Shown piece after piece: positions 41,535 to 50,228 of a DNA stretch of 64,000 nt; the stretch's first letter is position 1, and every line of letters starts with the position of its first letter. This stretch comes from a virus (Duplodnaviria; Heunggongvirae; Uroviricota; Caudoviricetes). Below the pieces are notes generated by a model. That model was not told the DNA's origin. It saw only the letters and a program-made list of their open reading frames with translations, and made no database searches. The stretch lies in the IMG/VR virus record IMGVR_UViG_3300029522_000074, one strand, 5' to 3'. Both the position numbers and the translations under genes were made by a program.

Positions 41535-44500
41535 ATGGCAAAAGATGGTATAGTAAGTATTGCTATTGATTATAAAAACGAGCTTAATCAAATGATTCGT
41601 GATTATGAATCTGCTTTAACTAAGATGGCTTCAAATGATAAGTTATCAAAAGGAATGAAAGCACAATTTGATAATACAATTGCTGAGTTAAAGCGTTTTA
41701 AGGCAGATATGGAAAAATCTTTTTCTGATTTAAGTATCGGAAAAGTGGATAAAAACAGTTTTAAAGCTTTTAAACAAACTGTTAATAAGAATTTTGAATC
41801 TGTTCGTGCAGAAATTGATAGATTAGATTTAGCTGTTTCAACTATAAATTCACAGATAAAAATACTTGGAAATGGTGTTGATATAAGTAAGATAAGTAGT
41901 CAATTTAAAGATTTTCAAGATTATGTACAGAATACAAATAATGCTATTGATACAATGATTAAAAAACTTGATGGTCAAGGCATTTCATTAATATCATTTG
42001 ATGATAGCGCAATAAATCAAGCAAAGTCTCAGATAAAAGAAATTAATAAATTACTTAAAAGTACAGATGAGTTCAGCGATGCAAAAGGCTCAAAATATGA
42101 ATTATTTGATACAGAACAAGCTCAAGCAGAACTAGATGTTCTTGCCAAAGATTTAAAAAATACTCTTGAATTAATTGAAAAATCTGAATCGGAACTTTCA
42201 AATTTTGATAAAAATAGCATCGGTTTTGAAAAAACTATTAACCAAATCAATATATTGAAATTAAAAGCTGCCGATTTACACGATTCTATTCAACAGTTAA
42301 TAGATATTCCCGATAAAACAGGAGAATATACATTTGGTGATTCAATACTTATTTCTGATGACAATGTTGATAAAAAAGTATCTGAATATGAAAAAATTGT
42401 AAAAGGAACTTTAGATGAAATTCGTGAATCTGCCATCAAAACTCGTGAAGAGTTAGATAAAATCGTAACACCTACCTCTTCCAAAACAGCTTCTGCAAAA
42501 ATATCAGATAAACTCAACCCAAATTCAGCAGAATTAGTAACTGGTGTAACAATTGAAACCACTTCATCTGAATTATGGAAAAAGTTATCTCCTATTATTG
42601 AAGATTTACAAAATATCCTTAATAAAAATCCCGTTGTTGCTCCTGTAAAACTTGTAGTAGCACCAAATGCAGTATCTTCTGAAAAAAATGGTGAAGTTGG
42701 CACTATTAGCAAATCTTATTCGAAGAAGTATCAAAGAGAATTAGCAAAAACTGGTGAAGATGCAGTTATTGATTTAGAGGGTGTTTATAAGAAAACATTT
42801 ACTTCTATAATGGATGAAGCTGTTTCTTATTCTAAGGAAACAATTTCTAAAATTCAAAATATCTTTGAATCTTCTCCTATTAAATTACATTTTGATTTTA
42901 ATGAAGAAGAATTTAAGAAAATATCAGATACACTTCTCTCTTCTGATTCTGATAAAAAGATTGACATTACAGATCAGATTGCAGAATCAAAAAAGGAGGT
43001 TAATGAACTTGCTGAAAAACTTGCCGAAGTTAATGAATTATTAAATTCAGCAGATTCAAAGGATTTTAGTTTTAAAGGGTTTGATAAATTCGCAGAAGAA
43101 ATTTCAAAAAGCCTTGGTCAATTAGTCGAATTACAGTCAATGTTAAAGACATTACAGAATATAGAATCTACTCTCGCTAGAGCATCAGGTGTAAGTAGTG
43201 TCACTGATATTGAAACACAGTGGCAGAATGTATCTAAGTTAATTGAGAATTCTATTAAGTTAGATGGTACTTTTAGAAAAAATGCAAATGTAGATAAACT
43301 TGCTTCAGAATATAACAAGTATCTCAATATGGGTGGTACTAATGAGTTATCATTTATTGGAAAGGTTGGGAAACTTGAAAATAGCAAGAATATTATGGAA
43401 GCTATTCTTTCAAAAGCTAAAGAGCTAAATTCTCAAAAAGTAGATACATCTTCTGTAGATAAAGCAGATGATGAATTGAAATCAGTATCTTCTACTCTCG
43501 ATGACGTTATCTCTCGTCTTGACCATATGATAAATTTGACAAGAGATATTGGTAATACATTTTATAAAATGTTCAAAGACACTTCTGTTAGTGATATAGA
43601 TAAACAGTGGTCTTCTATCGAATCTAAGTTCAAATCTATTGCTGATGAATCTGGCAAAATAAATCTCTCTAAACAGAAAAAAGATATTCAAGAATTAGTT
43701 GAAATGTACCAAAAGTATGCAAATACTGGTGGTATGAAAACTCCTTTTGATTTAACAGATAATGCAGAAACCATTAAAAAAATAAATAAAGTCTATGAAC
43801 AGATGAATTCAAAAAAAAATAGAACTTCTGTTACGAATGAGTCAAAGAATTTCATTAAAGTAGAGGATTCTGTTAATAGTCTCACTTCTGCTATTAATAC
43901 AAAGACTGAAGCTATTAAAACAGAAGCTAATACAATGGAATTAGCTGCAAGAGCTGAAGTCAAATCTATTCAGAAGATTATTGATGCATTAAATCCATTA
44001 ATTGAGAGAATAGAAAGTATTCCTGAATTAAAGATACCAAAAGAAGATACTATTCTTCCACATAAGGAATCGAATATTTCATCGGCTTCCAATCCAAGGA
44101 AAGACGCATTTCCCTCTAATGAAGAAGTAAAACAGAAAGAAAAGTTAGCTGAAGCAACTAGAAAACTTCGTCAAGAAGAAAAACAGTCAAGTCAAGATTC
44201 TGTTAATTCTGCGTTAAAAGATCAAGTTTCTGCATGGAAACAGATTCAATCTATTCGTGAAAAAATAGCAAAGGTTGATAATCCAGATGTTATTAACCAA
44301 CTTCAAGAAACTAAAAGATATTACCAGCAACAGTATTTAGATGCAACTAAAATTCTAAAATCTAATCAAGATTTATACGATGCACAAGGACAGTTAAATA
44401 GGCTTAAACAAATTGAGTTAGAAACAACTGCAAAAATTAGTCAATATCAAAGTAAAAATACTGAAAGTGTTTCAAAGTATAATCAATCTCTTAAAGATAA

Positions 44501-46094
44501 TGCAACTCAAAAATTATCTAATTATAATAACACTTCTAAATATACTCCTGAATTTATTGAACGAGTTAATTCAAAAATCTCTGAAATTGGACAACTTGAT
44601 ATTACGAAACCAGAAGATGTTGCTAGATTAAAAACAATTGACAGTGAAGTTCAGAAAATTGTCGATGATTCAAAGTTATTAGAGAATAAACTTGTTAAAC
44701 AAGATTCTAAGATTGCTGACATTATATCACAGATGAAGATTTTTAGGTCACAAAATACTAATATGTCTTCATCACAAAAACAAGCATTAGATGATGTAAT
44801 TAATTATGCCGAAAAACTTGCAAATACTGGTAAGGTAACTGCCCAACAAATAGAAAAGATAAAAATATCATTTTCTGGATTAAAAGCTGTAGTTGCATCA
44901 AGTGGTAATATGGGTAAAAACTTCTTTAGTCAAATCGGTAATCGTCTTACTGATATGAACAGCAAATTTGTTGCTCAGTTTTTGAGTTGGCAAGATTGGA
45001 TAAGATATATTCAGCAAGGCGTAAATACTATTCGTGAACTTGATACAGCGATGACTGAAGTTAAAAAAGTATCGGATGCAACAGAAACACAATATTCATC
45101 ATTTAGAGACACTATTTCTTCTACTGCAAAAGAGATTGCAACAACAAATAAAGAATTGCTTAATTCTAGTGCAGATTTCTTAAGATTAGGATATAGTCTT
45201 GATCAAGCAAGCGATCTTGCTAAAAACGCCACATTATTTGTTAATGTCGGTGATGGTGTTGATATTACAGAAGCTACCGAAGACATGATTACAGCTATGA
45301 AAGCTTTTGATATCCAAGCTGAAGATAGCATTAAAATTGTTGATGATTATAACCAGATTGGCAACCAGTTTGCGCTCTCTGCTTCTGATATTGGTGAAGC
45401 AATGAAACGTTCTGCATCTGCTCTTGAAACAGGTAATAATAGTTTTGAACAAAGTATCGGTCTTATTACTGCTATGAATGAAATTGTTCAAAATAGTGAA
45501 AACACAGGTAACTCTCTTAAGGTTTTAAGCCTGCGTTTAAGAGGTGCAAAGGCAGAATTAGAGGATATGCAGGAAGACACAGATGGTCTTTGTGATTCAA
45601 CCTCTAAGCTTCGTGAACAAATTAAATCTTTGACTGGTGTTGATATTATGTTAGATGACAATACATTTAAATCAACAACAGACATTATTAAAGAATTAGG
45701 TGCTGTTTGGGATAAATTATCCGATTCTTCACAAGCTGCAACTCTTGAACTTATAGCTGGAAAATCAAGGGCGAATAATGTAGCGGCGTTACTTAAAAAC
45801 TATCAAAGAATTGATGAAGTTATGGAAAGCCTTGGTGATGCCGAGGGTTCAGCAATGCGTGAAAATGAAGCTATAGTTGATTCAATCGATGGACGAATTA
45901 AGAAACTATCTGCTTCTATGGAAGATTTTTGGCAAAAAGCAATAAATACAGATTTTGTAAAAAATATTGTATCATCACTTGATACCATATTAAATCTATT
46001 AACAAAAATCATTGATCAGTTCGGTTTACTTCCAACTATTATTGGTGTTGGTGGTGCTGGTACAGGTATCTTTAAGTTTATTAAGAATTTTGAT
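41535..46094 (+). CDS. Tail tape measure protein, exon 1 (unspliced ORF runs on to stop at 46154)
   Basis: Long coiled coil with TP901-type TMP core (ELDTAMTEVKKVSD...GNSLKVLSLRLRG...AGKSRANNVAALL); AAGGAGG RBS before ATG 41535. Confidence 0.85.
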
Positions 46095-46660
46095 TGGGTT
46101 TTAAAACCTTACACAAAAAACTCTCTCCAACAGTTTTTAGTTGGTCAATCATAGATAAGAGAATAACATAATGGCGTTGTAATCAAGTCTATGGATACAT
46201 GGGATTCTTAATAAAAAACTCTGCAAACACTTTAGCGGAGTATAAACTTTACATGGAGGAATAAATGCTTGAATGCTTGGTAGCTTAACAAACTACCCAC
46301 GGATCACATAACAAACCATAATCCATATAGTTATATTGGATGAGGTTGCGAAAGTAGAAAAAATTGTATATGTGGATATATGAGAATATCAAGGAGACTT
46401 GATAGGTGTCTAAGTATCATTAACAACGGGCAACGAGCAGGACGGTACTCTACATTTTATAATGTTGACCATATATAGAAATGAAAGGTCATATATAGAG
46501 AATAACTATATAAGAGAGCAATCCCCAACGACATACCCATCCTCTAAGTGAGTCATCGCCTTAAGTATGACATTCGCTTATAATGCATAGTGTACATTGC
46601 GATTTCGGAATTCAGTAATGTACTTGAGTGTGTGTTTCACTCAACTAGGAAATTCCAAAA
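46095..46660 (+). ncRNA. Group I ribozyme-like catalytic core
   Basis: P4 TGCTTG(46274-79)/CGAGCA(46434-39), P6 GGA/TCC, J6/7-P7 CAAC-GACATAC(46526-36), P8 GTACATTGC/GTAATGTAC, P7' GTGTGTT(46630-36). Confidence 0.7.
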
Positions 46661-46686
46661 ATAATTTATAAACAGAGAATAATAAA

Positions 46687-46712
46687 ATAGGACTGTCGTG
46701 AGACAGCCCTAT
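46687..46712 (-). terminator. Terminator hairpin between the cargo genes and the ribozyme core
   Basis: ATAGGACTGTC-GTGA-GACAGCCCTAT; T-rich tail on the minus strand. Confidence 0.55.
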
Positions 46713-46751
46713 CATTGAAGTAAAGGAGAATAAATATATAAATGAAGAACA

Positions 46752-46937
46752 TTAATGATGAAGATTGATATTGATATCCTTAGAAGTCATTTCTGCTAAA
46801 CTTCCAGTTTTGGAATCACTGTAGTCTTTGCAGATTTTAGCAATGTAACATTTGCCAACGATTGAAGCTATGTGGCATATTACATAACATATTCCAAGAA
46901 TTATTGAACCGATTATCTCGGCATATAATATATTCAA
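46752..46937 (-). CDS. 61-aa single-TM peptide (type I toxin-like), intron cargo
   Basis: GGGAGGTG RBS, TTG start, hydrophobic N-half, long structured leader. Confidence 0.6.
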   Translation of the reverse strand: MNILYAEIIGSIILGICYVICHIASIVGKCYIAKICKDYSDSKTGSLAEMTSKDININLHH

Positions 46938-47155
46938 TATGTATTTTCACCTCCCTTCTTAGTAAGAATATAAATAAGTAGGGAATATTCTTTTAGCCCA
47001 GAACGGGCAGATATTTATTCCGACTGCCATAAAAATAGACATTGGGACAACCTTCGGTTATAGAGTGTTATGGCACACATCTATGTTGTTTCTCCAATGT
47101 CTATATTTTACCATTGTATTTAATTCAATACAATCCCAGAACAATAGTTCTAATT

Positions 47156-47326
47156 TTATAATTGTGAGTTAATATACTCTTCTCTTTCGGATTTCGTCAT
47201 TGAGAAGAATTTTTCAAATTCTATATCAAGATTTTTGCATTCAATGTTGCATGTTCTGCATATACATTTTATATAATGTGTGTATGTGATTCTATGACAA
47301 TTAGGACAATAATGGATTTTAAACAT
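47156..47326 (-). CDS. 56-aa zinc-ribbon protein, intron cargo (below ORF-track cutoff)
   Basis: AAAGGAG RBS; MFKIHYCPNCHRITYTHYIKCICRTCNIECKNLDIEFEKFFSMTKSEREEYINSQL. Confidence 0.65.
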   Translation of the reverse strand: MFKIHYCPNCHRITYTHYIKCICRTCNIECKNLDIEFEKFFSMTKSEREEYINSQL

Positions 47327-47380
47327 AATCTAACTCCTTTGTGTGGTATCTAAATCAGTCGTATTATTAAATGTTAATCA

Positions 47381-47662
47381 TTACATATTATCCTTTTCAG
47401 TATCGAGCGTTATTTTATCATCGCTTAATGAATATTCTCTATGATAGAATTTAGTAATATCCATATCTAATGCCTCAATTACCCTACAAGCAGTTTGGAA
47501 AGTGGCTGATTCTATTTTACGCTCTCCACTTTCAAATTTTTGATATTGTTGAGGTAGAATTTTTGCTTTCTCGGCAACTTCTTGCTGAGTTAATCTAAGA
47601 TTGATTCTTCTTTCTTTGAGTATGTTAGATGTTGTTAATAATTTAAAAAGTTCTGTTTTCAT
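47381..47662 (-). CDS. XRE-family HTH regulator, intron cargo
   Basis: LTQQEVAEKAKILPQQYQKFESGER; AGGAGG RBS. Confidence 0.85.
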   Translation of the reverse strand: MKTELFKLLTTSNILKERRINLRLTQQEVAEKAKILPQQYQKFESGERKIESATFQTACRVIEALDMDITKFYHREYSLSDDKITLDTEKDNM

Positions 47663-47676
47663 ATTTTCCTCCTATC

Positions 47677-47721
47677 ACATTCATTTGAGTGTATTTTACA
47701 TTCAGGTGAATGTCTTGTCAA
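47677..47721 (-). promoter_or_regulatory. Promoter with two tandem palindromic operators
   Basis: ACATTCA-tt-TGAGTGT (47677-92) and ACATTCA-gg-TGAATGT (47698-713) flanking the -10; TTGACA-17-TAAAAT on the minus strand. Confidence 0.75.
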
Positions 47722-47809
47722 GTACGAAAATACTAAACAAATGTTCTTGTAGATATATGCCAAATATTGGTATATAATGAACAAAATAGTATATTTAATA
47801 GGAGACTAT

Positions 47810-48754
47810 ATGAACAGGGAACATTTTTATCAAAAAACATGGTTTAAAAATTTTATATTAATAATTATACCATCTTTAATATCTGTTTTTGGTGTAATTA
47901 TTTCTTTTGTTCCAGAAAGTGTAAGACCTATATTAATTTTTGCAACAATCATATCTTTGGCAATATTAATTGGATTTGTAATTTATTTTGGAAATCAGGA
48001 TGACGATTTACATAAAAAATTAGAAAATCAACAATTACAAAACCTGACACTTACAAATATTATTGCTCATATGGAAAATTTATATAAAACTAATACATTT
48101 GAGATTTCAAGTTTATCTAATACCTTTGAGGTATGGGCTTCAGCAATTAATTCTTTTGCTAATAATATATTTAAAACTGGAACTATTTCTAATAAAGCAT
48201 GGGATAAAATAAAATATATAGATGATATTTGTGTTTGTTGTAGAAAGTTAATAGAACAATATTGTAACAATACTGATGATTCTAAAGTGTTTGTAAGTTT
48301 TGTTTCTTACACTTTGGATAAAAATGGTGAAGAATGGGTACATATGATATGTCATTCAAGTCCTATTACAATAAGACCTACAGCATATAAAAAGAAAATG
48401 AAATTATCTACATGTAAATATCATTTTGCGGATTTAATTAAAGATAGTTATTCTGGTATTGAAATTGCATTAGATAACAATGAAGTTAGAGCGTTATTTA
48501 AAAAAGTTTCCATAGAAACTGATTTATCCCAATATACTCAATACATTGCTATACCTTTATATTGTAAAAGCGGAAAATTATTGGGAATCTTTCAAATAGT
48601 TACAAAGAATGGTTATATAATTGAAGATTCAAAAGTAAAAATGGAAAAATTCATTACAGATAACATAATACCTTTATCTAATTTAATTATTCTTACTGAT
48701 AAAATATATAAAGGTCTTTACATTACTCCAACAAATATTAATGAGGAGGAATAA
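47810..48754 (+). CDS. Two-TM membrane protein with C-terminal GAF-like domain, intron cargo
   Basis: Two N-terminal TM helices; YIAIPLYCKSGKLLGIFQIV GAF-like strand pattern; TATAAT and GGAG upstream. Confidence 0.6.
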   Translation: MNREHFYQKTWFKNFILIIIPSLISVFGVIISFVPESVRPILIFATIISLAILIGFVIYFGNQDDDLHKKLENQQLQNLTLTNIIAHMENLYKTNTFEISSLSNTFEVWASAINSFANNIFKTGTISNKAWDKIKYIDDICVCCRKLIEQYCNNTDDSKVFVSFVSYTLDKNGEEWVHMICHSSPITIRPTAYKKKMKLSTCKYHFADLIKDSYSGIEIALDNNEVRALFKKVSIETDLSQYTQYIAIPLYCKSGKLLGIFQIVTKNGYIIEDSKVKMEKFITDNIIPLSNLIILTDKIYKGLYITPTNINEEE

Positions 48755-48757
48755 TTT

Positions 48758-49087
48758 ATGGCTAAATATAAAAAAAAAGAAATTCAGATTATCGACATGA
48801 GCAGCCGTTTAAGGGTTAAAATTGTTGAAAGTACATACGAAGAAGAGCGTAGACACGAGGAAGAGTTTGAAGAAATGCAACTTAAAGTTGAGAAAAGAAT
48901 GATTCAATATGAAAAAGATATTCGTAATCTACTCATTGAGGCTAAAACAGAAAGTTGTATAAAGGTTACACCTAAAGATACAGAAAAATATATAAAAAAA
49001 TATAATGATGAATTTTCAGGCAAAAATTCTAATAACATTCAAAGAAGAATACAAATGATTCAAAAATATTTAGAAGAGCAGGACTAA
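48758..49087 (+). CDS. Charged hypothetical protein, operonic with the TM-GAF gene
   Basis: GAGGAGG RBS in the upstream gene end. Confidence 0.7.
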   Translation: MAKYKKKEIQIIDMSSRLRVKIVESTYEEERRHEEEFEEMQLKVEKRMIQYEKDIRNLLIEAKTESCIKVTPKDTEKYIKKYNDEFSGKNSNNIQRRIQMIQKYLEEQD

Positions 49088-49101
49088 TCTCCTGCTCTTT
49101 T
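49075..49101 (+). terminator. Plus-strand intrinsic terminator inside the intron
   Basis: AGAGCAGGA-ctaatc-TCCTGCTCT-TTT. Confidence 0.65.
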
Positions 49102-49128
49102 ATATTACTCTTCTTTTCTATTATCTCA

Positions 49129-49248
49129 TCAGTCTTTATCTTCAGATCCGCTACATTCGTCACTGTGTTCACAGAATTCACAATAACATTCATCTGTATA
49201 ATCACCTGTTTGCCAACATAGTTCTGTTGGAGGCATATCATTGTTCAT
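49129..49248 (-). CDS. 39-aa acidic Cys-rich peptide, intron cargo
   Basis: GAGGAG RBS; MNNDMPPTELCWQTGDYTDECYCEFCEHSDECSGSEDKD. Confidence 0.55.
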   Translation of the reverse strand: MNNDMPPTELCWQTGDYTDECYCEFCEHSDECSGSEDKD

Positions 49249-49330
49249 AAACTCACCACTCCTCTGCTTAAAAATATCTTAATTATACACTTGTTATTTT
49301 ATCAAATTATTATATGTGAGGTGAATCAAT

Positions 49331-49459
49331 ATGAAATTATCTATAAAGATTAAAATAAATGAAATACGAGAACTGAAACCAATTGTTGAGTATATAAAGA
49401 ACTTGGAGAATAATTCTCCCGAACTCAATACAGAGATAGAAATTGAGCTGGGAGAATAA
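49331..49459 (+). CDS. 42-aa hypothetical peptide, intron cargo
   Basis: GAGGTG RBS; MKLSIKIKINEIRELKPIVEYIKNLENNSPELNTEIEIELGE. Confidence 0.55.
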   Translation: MKLSIKIKINEIRELKPIVEYIKNLENNSPELNTEIEIELGE

Positions 49460-49462
49460 TTA

Positions 49463-49690
49463 TTAGTTTTCTTTTATAACTTCAATAATTGAAATTTCTG
49501 ACTTAGAGATGGTAAATGCATTAGTGTCAGAATATAAATGTAAATCATATCCAACTGAATAATGATGATTAAATATTTCTTCATTTTCAAGATTGTATTC
49601 TAATACGCCTTTATGACCATAATAGACCTTATTGATATGGTTGTATTCTTGCACTTTACCATCTTTGTTTTTAATTTTAAATGTATACAT
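49463..49690 (-). CDS. Hypothetical protein, intron cargo
   Basis: GAGGAGGA RBS. Confidence 0.65.
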   Translation of the reverse strand: MYTFKIKNKDGKVQEYNHINKVYYGHKGVLEYNLENEEIFNHHYSVGYDLHLYSDTNAFTISKSEISIIEVIKEN

Positions 49691-49768
49691 AGTATCCTCC
49701 TCTGTAATTTGATATTACTATCATACTACATTAAGGAATATTTTACCATTCGGAACATTAGTTCTTAC

Positions 49769-50179
49769 TTAAAAATCACTCTTACAATTATTGCAGTGCC
49801 ATTGTTTCTTAACCTTTTGTGAGAATATACCAAACATCGCTACCGATGTTACCTTTGATACTCCTGATATTTTCTTACAATTTGTACTATTACAATATGG
49901 ACAATGAACTTTATTCAACCAATCTTGTGCTTGTGCGTTAGCTTGGGCGATTTGCTGTGGGGTAAGGTCGGGAATCGCAGGATTGTTTTCTTTAGTTCCA
50001 TATTGTTTACTTAATTCACACCATAGTTGTTGAGCATCGTCATCTGAACAATTTGTTAATTCTTGAATAAACTTTATTCCTTTTAATGTTTGATTTTGAG
50101 CAATTATCACCAACATTTTTGTTGCTTCCGTGCTTTCAATTTGATTATCAAAATAATATTTTGCTTCTTCGTAATTCAT
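49769..50179 (-). CDS. C-terminal zinc-ribbon protein, intron cargo
   Basis: CPYCNS...WHCNNCKSDF; AGGGGG RBS. Confidence 0.75.
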   Translation of the reverse strand: MNYEEAKYYFDNQIESTEATKMLVIIAQNQTLKGIKFIQELTNCSDDDAQQLWCELSKQYGTKENNPAIPDLTPQQIAQANAQAQDWLNKVHCPYCNSTNCKKISGVSKVTSVAMFGIFSQKVKKQWHCNNCKSDF

Positions 50180-50228
50180 AATAACCCCCTTTTTTTGTTT
50201 TTATTATATCAGACAACACATAAATACG

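Larger units (their letters stand above)
46095..50228 (+). mobile_element. Giant (4134 nt) group I intron-like insert in the tape-measure gene, carrying cargo ORFs
   Basis: P1 TTGAT/GTCAA with U46094.G46144; 21-bp P10 (46123-46143 with 50229-50249); terminal G50228; in-frame exon fusion. Confidence 0.8.

Noticed and set aside
46095..50228. Group II intron, IStron or IS element
   Set aside because: No GUGCG 5' end or domain V seen, no RT/maturase, TnpA/TnpB or terminal inverted repeats
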